From NCBI GenBank assembly GCA_905331295.1, contig CAJNYD010000005.1, positions 124,001 through 188,000 on the forward strand: a stretch of 64,000 nucleotides of DNA, given 5' to 3'. Below, one piece after another: positions 1 to 11,110 of the stretch; within the stretch, counting starts at the first letter, position 1; each line of letters opens with the position of its first letter. The notes under the pieces are model-generated. The model was not told the DNA's origin and searched no databases. It worked only from the letters and a program-made list of their open reading frames with translations. A program made the position numbers and the translations under genes. The DNA is from Rotaria socialis. Taxonomy: Eukaryota.

Positions 1-385
1 AACATAAAATTTACATTTTAAAATTGGCAGTCTTAGTGTATCATGATAACGGAAGAACAGCATTTATGCTATCATTCAGAAACAATTAGCCTAAACTATA
101 ATCAACTAGTACGATGTTGAATTCAAGTATCACTAGAAATGAAGACTTATTTTATACATAGATTAGATTATAATTCGACGAATAAATCAAGCCATTTTAT
201 GATGATTATCTTAGGAATCTAGATTCATATTTTTGCTTTAAAAAGCTTTTTACATTCTAATAAGTCAAATATTTATTTACTCTACAATGTGAATTCTGCA
301 ATTTTGAAATTCATTTTAATTATTATTTAACCTTTCTTTTTCCTGAATTAATAGCGCATATGAACAGTGTTTTTCAATTTTATTT

Positions 386-1305
386 TTATTGATTCAATGA
401 ATCTTTTTCTCGTCTTTTCTCTTTTCCAGCCATAATAGCTTGTTGAAATATTGTCAAATAGAATTCAATTAGTTTTGGTGTATCATCATTGCTTGGTATA
501 GGATAAGTGATAATATTTGGATTCGAATCTGTGTCACACAAAGCTACAGTTGGAATCAATAATTTATTCGAATCACTAACACCTGGATGAAGTTGATTTG
601 GTGGTGCTAATGTATGCGTAAATACGCATACATCAGGTAAACGAATATCATATCCAAAAAGTTCTTTAGTATTTGTAAATGGATAATCCCATTTACGACA
701 ATGTGCATATTCACCACAATCACGTGCAGCACGTTCAACAAGTGGAACATGTGCTGGATAACGTGTAAGAAATAAAATAATACCTTGACGATAAGCAATA
801 TGAGCAAGAAAGTTTAATGCTGAATGCAACATCGGTAATGTTTTATCTAAATCAATAATATCAACATCTAATCGATGACCGTATATATATTGAGACATCC
901 ATGGATTGCGCATTCCAGTTACATGTCCATAATGAGCCCGATTTCTATAAAAATATTTTATAGTCGAATGATTGTTATTTATTTTTCAAAATAAAATGAT
1001 TTATGTTTGTTTATTTTTCGAATGAAAATTTCTACAAACATACCTACTTGAAAAGATCTTCCATGGTAACCATTGAACGTACATTGAAAAAATCATCATG
1101 TTGAAGTGAATCATCAATGGCCGTTGCAATATTATTTTTTGATGATATTTGATCTAAATTAATTTATCAGTAGAATAGAAACAAATGTTTGCTTTCTAAA
1201 CGTTTCTTTACCGCCTTTTTGATTAAGTTGTCGTTGAATTGCATGTTGCATATTTGTTCGACTAAAACCACGTTGAAACACACGTCCAAGTATAAATGAT
1301 GCCAT
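386..1305 (-). CDS. MRPS2: Mitochondrial ribosomal protein S2 (3 exons)
   Basis: Spliced translation MASFILGRVFQRGFSR...HDDFFNVRSMVTMEDLFK/NRAHYGHVTGMRNPWMSQYIYGHRLDVDIIDLDKT...IPTVALCDTDSNPNIITYPIPSNDD. These are uS2 family motifs with a presequence-like N-terminus; introns are GT-AG. Confidence 0.93.
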
Positions 1306-1452
1306 AATTCTATCTAAAATAATATAATATTGTTTTATCATTTAAATCAAAAGGGTTTCTATTCTTTATTTGATGGAGAAAAAACAACAAGATCAAAACT
1401 AAATACAAACTCAGGATAGTTAGTGAGAAATGGAAAAGAAAAGACAATTCGT

Positions 1453-2253
1453 TCAATTCAAATATTTGAACGAAGGCCAGTTGTAACCATCGATTAATGG
1501 ATCCTCTGGAAATGGTAAATTTTTCTTAACACTATAACAACGAAAAACATTTCAATTAGTAAAAAAAATCATTTAAAAGAATTATTCTTACCGATGTTGA
1601 TACATATATTGATGGCGAAGAATCTAATAAAAGTAACAAATAGTTATAAATTCATTCAAATTTTTATAGTTTATTACTCGTTTTTGAGAAAGGATACATT
1701 CTTTAACATCTTCTTTTTCATCTTCACATAAATATCGATGGGTACTTGGCATCTACAAACAAACAAAAGAAGGAAAATCTCTTTATAGTATTACTATAAA
1801 AAATGATGTTCAAAGTTTTACCATATGTGTACACATTCGATATTGTTTAAATAATTTAGCACATCCCATATCACCTAAACCCATAGCCCAAGGTTCAAGA
1901 GCCATGTTAAATGGTGAATAAAAAACACCAACAGTGGGCGATGGATCAACAACTTTACTATGATACCATCGTCTGTGCCAACGAACAAATGGATTAATAC
2001 GTTCTATTGGTTGAACATCTTTATTATAAACAAGTTTTTGTTCTTGTTCATCTTCTTGTTGATTAAATACAGCTGTTTCTGCTTCAAGCGAGCCAGATTT
2101 TGGCATAGGTCGACCTGAATCTGTGTAATGACCAATGATACGTATCAATCCAGGCATTTGAGCGACATATGGACGTGTTGGGTAAGATAGATTAGCAGAT
2201 AGAAGAGACTTGTCAGGCTCATTCCTGGTGTCTACTTTTGTATCTTCTACCAT
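1453..2253 (-). CDS. NDUFS5-like complex I accessory subunit (twin CX9C) with long N-terminal extension, copy A (4 coding exons)
   Basis: Spliced C-terminus FYSPF...GCAKLFKQYRMC-THMMPSTHRYL-CEDEKEDVKEC-ILLKKRILRHQYMYQHRVKKNLPFPEDPLIDGY. Two CX9C motifs followed by a basic helix, as in invertebrate NDUFS5. A paralogue lies at 55875-56690. Confidence 0.7.
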
Positions 2254-2743
2254 GTCAAGAAATATCTGCAAATAATTAAGTAAAAAAATTATATTTATAT
2301 TCATTCAATGCATATAGAATTGTTGGAAATAAAATGAAACTCATTCACATCTTCGTGAATGATCTTCATAAACTATTTAACTAAAAATATATCTTACCGA
2401 GTAAGAATTAAAGTAAATTTTCCAAAGTAAACAAATTAAATTTTTAAAATACGACTTTCTAGAAACAGTGTTTTAGCCTTTTACATCAAATTTAGAGTAG
2501 CTAAGCGGCGTTAGGACATGTATTCATATGCTACAGTTTTTGTTAAATAGAAGTATCAAATTAAATTTCTAATTTTTAAATAATCGATTTTTCAGTAAAT
2601 ATTAAAGTTATGAACTTGTTAAAAGAATGTTTTGACTGACATTGAGTAACAACAGTAGTACAGTCTTAGAATTATTTTGCTTCGAAAATGTGTACAGCAA
2701 TGATAAATTCGACACCTTCACAGAAAAAAACCGTATAAATTTG

Positions 2744-2797
2744 AATGGATTGCCCTCGTAACCAATAAGAAGTAACAACAGAGTGCACTGCATACTA
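2744..2797 (+). promoter_or_regulatory. Conserved CCAAT-box promoter element upstream of neurocalcin-like copy A
   Basis: aatggat...CCAATAAGAAgtaacAACAGAGTGCAcTgCAT aligns with the sequence upstream of copy B (63128-63184), while the flanks do not align. Confidence 0.6.
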
Positions 2798-2985
2798 CAA
2801 TCATTAAATATATTTATTATTAATCGATAATATTATACGGATACTGTTATCTTATTCGCTCTATATAGGACTTGACAATTTATTACTGTATGGATACATA
2901 TGGTTGAAAATGATTTTAATATCATGATTAGATTAATAAATCATTTTCTTGTCTTCGTGTTTTTTTTTCTTTTAAGTTTATTCAC

Positions 2986-3775
2986 ATGGGAAATAAACCT
3001 CCTGGTAAACTTCGACAAGCTGATTTAGACTACTTTCGTCATATGACGACATTTACCGATGCAGAAATTCGTAAGTATAAAATAATTCTTTTTCCTTATT
3101 GGTATAAATCTTGTTTTTTGGTTTGTATATTATAGAAGAATGGTATAAATGTTTTCATAAAGATTGTCCAAATGGACAGTTGACATCTGATGAATTTAAA
3201 AAAATTTATTCACAATTTTTTCCGTCTGGTGATTCTTCAGCTTTTGCTGCACATGTTTTTCGACGTTTTGATGCCGATCGTAATCAACGAATATCGTTTC
3301 GAGAATTTCTCACTGCATTAAGTATTACATCTAAAGGAAATTTAGAAGAAAAACTTAATTGGGCATTTGGTCTTTATGACACAAACGGAGATGGATTTAT
3401 TACAAAAGACGAAATGCTTGAAATTATTACTGTAACTTAAAATATAGAAATGAAATTTATTTTAAGATATGTGTTTTAGGCAATCTATCAAATGGTGGGT
3501 TCGGCTATGAAAATGCCTGACGATGAATCAACACCTGAGAAAAGAACTGATAAAGTAAAATTTAACATTCTAAAGAAATCAATACTTTAATAATTTGCTT
3601 CAAGATATTTAACTCGTTTGATACAGATCATGATGGGAAATTAACGCGCGAAGAATTCATCCGAGGTAATATTTATTTTACTAAACATTACAAAAAAAGG
3701 TCAATGGATATATTCATAGGTGCTAAATCAGACCCGTCCATTATACGTTTACTACAATGTGATGCAATAGTCTAA
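2986..3775 (+). CDS. Neuronal calcium sensor (neurocalcin/hippocalcin-like), copy A (5 exons)
   Basis: N-terminal MGNKP (myristoylation-type Gly2), [68 protein letters not shown] introns; stop at 3773-3775. Confidence 0.95.
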
Positions 3776-3960
3776 CTCGTGCGTCTAACTTTCCATAAGA
3801 GAATAACATATTATTTACTACTCATGTACACATATAAAATGTTTTTTTTCTGATATTATGTCTAGTAGTCATTGTCTTCCAGTTTTTCTAAATGGCATTC
3901 CACACAAAAAAAGAACTCTACAATTTAGTTATGTTCGAATAAAAGTAAATATGAAATTGT

Positions 3961-4275
3961 TTAAAGTAATCCACGTTTGCCAACTAATTTAACTAAATTG
4001 CCTGAAAAGATTCCATATTTTGAAAGAGCACGATCATACGATGATGGATGACGATGATGAAGTCGTTGACCACGATAATAAATCAATTGATTATCAATTG
4101 AAATACGATATGCATTCTGTAGCACTTTAGCCAAATCACCACATGTTGGTTCTTTCTCTGTTTTTAAAACAATATCTTGAACATCACCACCGAAATGTAC
4201 TTGTAATTTCGTGTAAACATGCTCACCCGATGGTCTTGTTGGCGGTAAAGAATTCGTCTGAGATTGACCACTCAT
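3961..4275 (-). CDS. Small ubiquitin-like-domain protein (BAG1-type UBL-like), 104 aa
   Basis: Single ORF with a beta-grasp pattern (LQVHFGG...PTCGDLAKVLQNAYRISIDNQLIYYRGQRL...LSKYGIFSGNLVKLVGK). A TTTAG acceptor lies just upstream of the ATG. Confidence 0.7.
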   Translation of the reverse strand: MSGQSQTNSLPPTRPSGEHVYTKLQVHFGGDVQDIVLKTEKEPTCGDLAKVLQNAYRISIDNQLIYYRGQRLHHRHPSSYDRALSKYGIFSGNLVKLVGKRGLL

Positions 4276-4682
4276 TGTAATTATGTCTAAATTATAATGG
4301 TGATAGTACTAATAATTAGTTCTACAAAAAGTTGGTTTTAGTTATTCATTTCTAATCATGTTTACTGACTTACCACAACACTGTCGTTATTAAAACTTGG
4401 CTACGAAAAACAAAAGTTGTTTTATGTTTTTGCTTTTTTTCTTGATGGTTGTTTTTTCTATGTTAAATCACTTTTCTTTCATTCAGTTTTTCATTTATTC
4501 TTCGTCAACTCTGCTTTTTTTGCAATTCACACACACACACATATACATACACTGTTTCGATGGTTGAGAGAATAAAGAACAAAACATACGTTCAAGGAAA
4601 AAAAACAATCACTCATAAACATAAAATAGAAAAACCAAAAAATAATATGAAAGCAACATAATTGAACTGGTTTGGCTAGTTT

Positions 4683-7579
4683 TTATTCGACAAGCACCAG
4701 GTAAGGACTTCCTGGCACATGTTCCATATTTGCTCCATAAAGAATTGTTAAAATATATTGACCACGTGTTCGCACTCGATAAGATACTTGATATATAAAA
4801 CCGGGAGAAAACGGCATGATACGTTTAACAACAAGACGTTCACATGGCCCAAGAGGAGAATAAAGGCCCACTAAAAGTATGCCAGGACCTAAATTTAATT
4901 AAAAGATTCATGAAAAATGTTTTTTTCTTTAAAAATCATTTTCACAGACCTGCTTGGCTTGCATCGATTTTAAATGTTGATTTTTTTCTTTTTTTTAGCT
5001 TCGTATAAACCAGTACCGAAAACACAAATTTGTGAAGCATTACCTGTCATTGATAAACGAAGATTATCAATATTGGCATGACTACTCGCATGGTTTAATT
5101 TCGATTGCATAGGCAATAATGCATCAGAAGCATTCGTTCGATTTTCGTCAAGTTTATCTAAAAGAATACCTATCGAAAAACTATCCTTATGCAAAATTTA
5201 GACAAACCATAAACACGACAAACAAATGGACTTCCTTGAATGTGCTTTCCACTATTTTTAACTGTTATTAAATATTTTCCAATTCGAGTTGGTTTGTAAT
5301 GAAACTAAAATAAAACTCGATTTAATTTGAAATAAATTGTTAGTGATAGATTACTGACTTCATAGCCATATTCAGTTTCATTAGCATCAAGAAAAACAGT
5401 TGATGGTCCACTAATACCGACGGAAAAATTTCCTGTACTCGTCAATGGATCATATGGTGATTTTGATACAAAAAATTGACTTAGTTCTCCTGAAAAGAAA
5501 AATGCATGCAGCAATACTCTCTTTGATTTTTTTTTCTTTTTCATTCATTTTTCATAACACAACAAAACAGAGGAAAACAAAGCGCTACGAGTAGGATTCG
5601 AACTTGATGTTTGTTCAAGTATTTCATTATTGTTCAAGTTCATTTTGGTAAAAACCATACATACGGGACGATCCCATTAGATTTCTTGTACAACGCCTTA
5701 ACCACTCAGCCATCGCAACTATCCTTACCATTGAACGCGTGAAATTGCTCTTCTTTATTGTTCACCATTGATTTCATGGAAGAACACGGTCGTACAATCA
5801 ATCGATAAGGATTGTCGACGATAGGTAAATGATTAAGATTGATATTAAGCCAATGATTTCCACATGTATTTGGTATAAAAAATATTTCATAGTATTCTAA
5901 ACAAAAAAAAGGTAAAACTATATCAAATAAGTTTCATCGAAAAGTTTAATTATACTCTGAATATTAAATTTTAGATGTTACGAAAAAGATTGTTTTCGAA
6001 GGAATTCACACTAATACTGATGAATATCTCAAAGCAAACCCATTGGTTCAGTACGATTCGTACATACTATTATCTAAGACTATTCGATTCATCATTTACT
6101 TAAATTTAATATTACAATCAAGAGTACATAGTATCTTTCGTTCTCGATGAACACCAATCGGTGTTTAAAACAAACATTGTAGTTTTTCTTCTTTCTTTTT
6201 CTTTTGTCTATAGAATCTAACCTGATTTAGCTGATTTATGAACTGTTATTGGTAAATTAACATTTCCTTGTGGTGCTTGTATATAAGCTTGAAAGATGTT
6301 ACATGATATTTCTGGATGAACATTGACTATACATGGAATATTGACCTAATATAAATCAAAGATAAAAGTTACATTTTGAAATAGAATGAAAACCATACGT
6401 AAAATTCCACTGGTTCAATGATTGCACGAATTGGTATGTTAGCGGGTGGAACAACTTGTTCTGGTAATGATTGAGTATGTAAAGACAAATGATAAGGTGA
6501 ACCGACAATATGTATACCATTGTACGTCAATGAAATATGATACTTGCCTGAATAAAAATATATAATACTTATTCATAAAAATTATTTTGACTTACCAGGC
6601 GATTGACATTTGTAATGAACTCTATAGATTCCTATATCAATAACTTCAATTTGAATATCAGCTTTGGATGGTCCATCAATTGCAATCACAAGTTTTTGCA
6701 ATTCAGCATCAGGCGCATTTAAATCAAATTGACCTTCAATGTAAATAAACAATAATTTTTCTTTTATAAAGGCAATAAAATATACGAACGGCTATCATTA
6801 ACAAAGCCATCTTTTAGACCAGGACCGCTGGCTTGAATACTTGGTTGTTTTTCTGTACTGCTCGTTGGAGTATCATAGAGAAATTCAGGTGGAGGTGGAG
6901 GAAATAATTCAATACTATGTCGATTCTGTGGGCGAGATCGTTTAAAAGTAGACGAATTCTTTACTGTTGACGAACATAGTGGCGTCACTGAATAGATAAA
7001 ATTTAGAAGCAAAATTAAAAAAAAAAACTTTATTAGATTTTCTTACCATTGAGGTTTGGTGTTGATGGACTTAGTATAGATTTATCAGTTGCCTTAAGTA
7101 AATCTATAACAAACAAAAAAGATAAAATAAAATATTAACAAGAAACTTGAATTCATTACTATTCAAGCGTCGAAATGGATTAGAAAAACTAAATGAGGGT
7201 GGTGTTGATGGTGGTACATTTGATGCTTGAATTTCTCGATGTTGACGTCGTTCATTAAAACTGGCTGTTGTCCGCTTTGATACTCCTCTCGTTAGTTGAT
7301 TCGATTTTTGTTTATCATGCGTATCATGATGTTTTTGATCGGTTGCTAATTTAACTTCATCAACATGTACAATATATAATAATGTTTCGGTATAAACTAA
7401 AGCAAAATTAAATTAGATAAATACAAAATGAATTAATAGAAATTACCATTGTTTTCATCTGTTGAACTTGAACTACTACTTTTGTTACTTAAACGATCAG
7501 TTGATGAAGTTAATTTATTGTTTGTAGTATAAGAAGTATTTTTAGTATCATTAAGAAAACGACGAACTTTAGGCAACAT
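4683..7579 (-). CDS. Short filamin-repeat protein (about 3-4 Ig-like repeats, no CH actin-binding domain), about 11 exons
   Basis: Filamin repeat motifs ASGPGLKDG, IAIDGPSKADIQI, YHISLTYNGIHIVGSPY, ISGPS, GKHIQGSPF, FGTGLYEA, EHVPGSPY. Low-complexity N-terminus starting MLPKVRRFL at 7579. Confidence 0.82.
5583..5719 (-). pseudogene. tRNA-Ser(AGA) pseudogene interrupted by a ~55-nt insertion, inside a filamin-gene intron
   Basis: Minus strand reads GTTGCGA TGGCTGAGTGGTTAAGGCG TTGTA CAAGAAA TCTAA TGGGATCGTCCCG ...insert... GTTCGAATCCTAC TCGTAGCG. It has an A box, a B box, a paired acceptor stem, a Ser-type variable arm and G73. The anticodon stem is mismatched and U33 is replaced by A. Confidence 0.85.
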
Positions 7580-7774
7580 AATACAACTAAATGTATTCTG
7601 AAAAAGTAAAATTAACAGAGAATCGAATTTTATTTCATATAGTAATAGTAAAATACGAGTTTTATTTAATTGGATAAAATAATTTCGATCAATTTTCGCA
7701 CAATTCCTTTCTCTGTAGAGGACGCTATGTTTTAATTTTATTTTTCAGTAAGGCTGTTTCCACCTCTTCTACAT

Positions 7775-7788
7775 TTACCATGGTAGGA
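7775..7788. promoter_or_regulatory. Possible degenerate X-box (RFX) site upstream of CFAP36
   Basis: TTTACCATGGTAGG resembles GTTNCCATGGNAAC. It lies about 25-40 bp before the ATG of a ciliary gene, in the short divergent gap shared with the filamin gene. Confidence 0.3.
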
Positions 7789-7813
7789 AAAGTCTGAAAA
7801 AGGAAAATTTAAG

Positions 7814-8826
7814 ATGTCGACAAGTGAAGAAAATTGGATAGGTGATATAATCGTTGATTTTATTCATTCATCAATATGGTTATCGCCAATTCAAACATTT
7901 ATTGATACAAATTGTGCTTGCTTTGATTATTATGATGATGATAATTCATCGTCATTATGTTCATTTACTGAACAAAAGAATATTTATAAACAATATGAAA
8001 ATTTAGCTAATTCATTAATAGCTGGTCTTAGTGAAGATCTTAAATTAGATATAGATCAAGTGAAAGATTTCTATCAAAGAAATAATTCAACAACAATTGA
8101 TGAATCCTATGAACAATTGTATTCAATAAGTGATTTTTACTTATTTACAGAAATGATGAAAAGAAAAAATTTAATTCTTCAATTACAAGCATTGGTTAAT
8201 TTACAATTAGAATGTGGCATATTAAAATCAACAGATGCCAATGATGATCGAGTTTTACAATTATTATTAAAAGCCACATCATCGGCATCGTTATCATCAA
8301 GTAAAATTTCAGCAGAGAATGCTTCAAAAGCATCATCACATTTGAATCAAAACGACAAAATAGAAATGACAACTAATAGAAATAAACAACTCCAATCGAA
8401 AGAAACTAAAGTAGTTCATATTTTTATTTTTATTTTTAATTTAAATAAAATATTTTTCTTCTGTCATAGTCAAATATGGAACCAAGCACAATCGCTTCTA
8501 TACCGGAAGAAATTCTTCGTGAAAAATTAAGAGAATTAACAATAAGTACAACATCATCAATTAATGATCCAGCTGCATCGGCAATATCATCAAGAGAACA
8601 TTTTCTTAAACAACAACGGGATCTGATTATTAAACAGCAGCATAATCAGCGTATTCAAGAATTAGAAAAAGAAAGTAGTCATGTTCGACCGCAATCAGCT
8701 GCTAATGTTGCACGAAAGGCGATGGGAACTACAGTTAAACAAGAACAACACATATCAAATGATGAATTAGAAAAGCGTCGAGCCATGGTAGCGAAAATTC
8801 GACGTGAAGTTGTGAATAAACGATAA
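7814..8826 (+). CDS. CFAP36: Cilia- and flagella-associated protein 36 (BART domain), 2 exons, intron about 8411-8470
   Basis: WIGDIIVDFIHSSIWLSPIQTFIDTNCACFD and DFYLFTEMMKRKNLILQLQAL (BART domain). C-terminal REHFLKQQRDLII, RPQSAANVARKAM and ELEKRRAMVAKIRREVV. Confidence 0.88.
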
Positions 8827-11110
8827 ATTTGACATATTTGAATACAGACAATACTGAAGTCATCGTAAAATATATTATAAATCTAGTCATTTAAAATATT
8901 ATTTTTGCACAATAAAATCGCTTATTGACTGTTGCGTATCAATCATTCTATCTCTCGTCATATTTGATACGTGTAATGTAATTATCTTGGCTAGTTATTT
9001 TAAGATTCTTGTTTTTTTCAAAATAAATTTTAACACTGCTAAATTATTGCAACAAATAATAAAGATAAGTTTTGAATTACTCTAAATCTATCTATTACAT
9101 GTTGTTAGTTTCAATTGTATTCTTAGAATGCTCATTTTCTTTCTACTAATATTATTATACTGAACATTTATTGGTTGAAACAAATATAATATTTATCCTG
9201 TCAGTGTATTTCAATTGCTTTAAATATTCGTAAATTAGTGAAAAGGTTAAAATAATTAATGCTTACATGAACGCAATGTGACATTTAAAAAAAATACTTG
9301 TGATATTTATTACTATTCATATTGAATCGCCTTTTGACTTGATGATGTCCACATGATCAGCATTTTTAGTGAAAATTTTATATGAATATTTTATACAATA
9401 AGACCTGTACTTCGACTGAAGGCAATCTTAAAATTTTAAAATTTTGGTAAATTTTCCATGTTTCCAGTGGAGTCAGCTTCTATTTTGAAATATAGAGTTT
9501 CTCTCTTCTAATTTCAATTTCGAGTACCAATTACTTTAATCCAATAATCTGAGTTCATTAGTAAGTTTAATTTAATAGTACTAGAGAAGACAATTTCTTA
9601 TTCTACTTTAGATAAATAGCAGCTGTAGACCGTTCCGCAGAAAAGTTAGACCTATTGATCATTTTAATTGAAACTTTCACTTCACCTTTTATTTTCTCGT
9701 AGAGGAATGAATATTCAATAGAATTAAAGATTATTAATGCAACTAGACCATAGAAATTTCTGATTGATGTAATAGATTTCATGGAAGTAGTCTTTAAAAG
9801 TTATAACTATAGCTTTCTTAACCAAATTTTAATCCATTATTTTGGTTGTTGATGAATACCATTTTTTCAAATGTAAAAAGCATAAGGTACATCAAATGAT
9901 TGATAGTTTGTACATTTCTCTAAATATTTTAGAAGTATTTGTTATTTGAAATTTATAACTATAAATGCTTATCTCTAGGGATATGATGCTAAACTTTCTG
10001 ATCCACTTCTACTAGCTTCTAACAAAGATTGGTATTGGTACCGAAGATCAATGCCAGAGAAAAGAAAACCAAGTATTAACCAATATTTCACGGGTTTTGA
10101 GTTAGTTTTTTTTTACATATTATCATATATCTATTTACGATAGGCTGATAAAATCAATTTCAAAGCAATAGTTATGACTACGTTGTAATAGTTTAAATAT
10201 AAACCAAAATGATTCTGTAACTGAACAACACTAGCTACATGATGAAAGTAGAGTATCGTACGATGCCTACTTTAGTAATCGATTGATTGATTAGTATTCA
10301 AAATAAATGTGTAGAGAAAAGTGCACTGCTAAGGTATATGCTTGAGGAGTATTTTAATGCTAGATCTGTGCTAACGAAGATGTTACGCTTCCTTCCCCTG
10401 CCTTAGCGACCAAACTGCGCCCCTGTTCAATTTAATATGATCAACGAAAATGCATCGACTAGAACAAAAGCGAACTGTAAACAAGATAAATCTCAACTGG
10501 AATTAGGTCATTGGTTGTAGGCAGCGATTGATTCCATGTTCTCCTCCATGGACAACATAGTCTCGATCAATTGTTCGTGTCCACCGGATACTTCTCGAGT
10601 TTGAATATTGATAGATGGCGAAGGCGTTCTCATTTTGTCAAAACGACATTTTCTTCGTTATTTTTAGGCACCTGCTGATGTCAATGTCATCGAATATGAT
10701 AGTTAAGCGATATCTTTTTGAGTATTTTACTTTTATTCAGTGAAGTCTGGAAAACTTGCAGTGAGGAGGAAGAAACGAGCAGCTTACTATTCATTTTATA
10801 TTGGTGTGGTTCAAAAATCGTAGCAGTTAACTTTGAACAAAAAGTATGTATGCCGCTCTCTACATTCCATATGGAGCAATAGATCTATCTATCAACGAAG
10901 TAGTACGAATTCATACTTTATTTCCAATTTGTCTATTCTTTTCTGTGAACATAGTAAGCTAGTGATATCTATCATTCATGCTTTTTAATGAATTAAATTA
11001 AGGTTCGTTACCTGGCATTCTTCATTGTCGTATGGTTGCTTTAACTTTCAGCTTTGGAGGATAATAGTGTAATCTGATACTTTTCTGACAATTGATAATT
11101 GACAAAAGTA

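Noticed and set aside
9300..10720. Decayed coding-like DNA with a GC-rich ACTGCGCCCCTG motif (possible hAT terminus) and an SAERS-like peptide on the minus strand
   Set aside because: No partner TIR or TSD, and many stops. Probably old TE debris, but it cannot be assigned.
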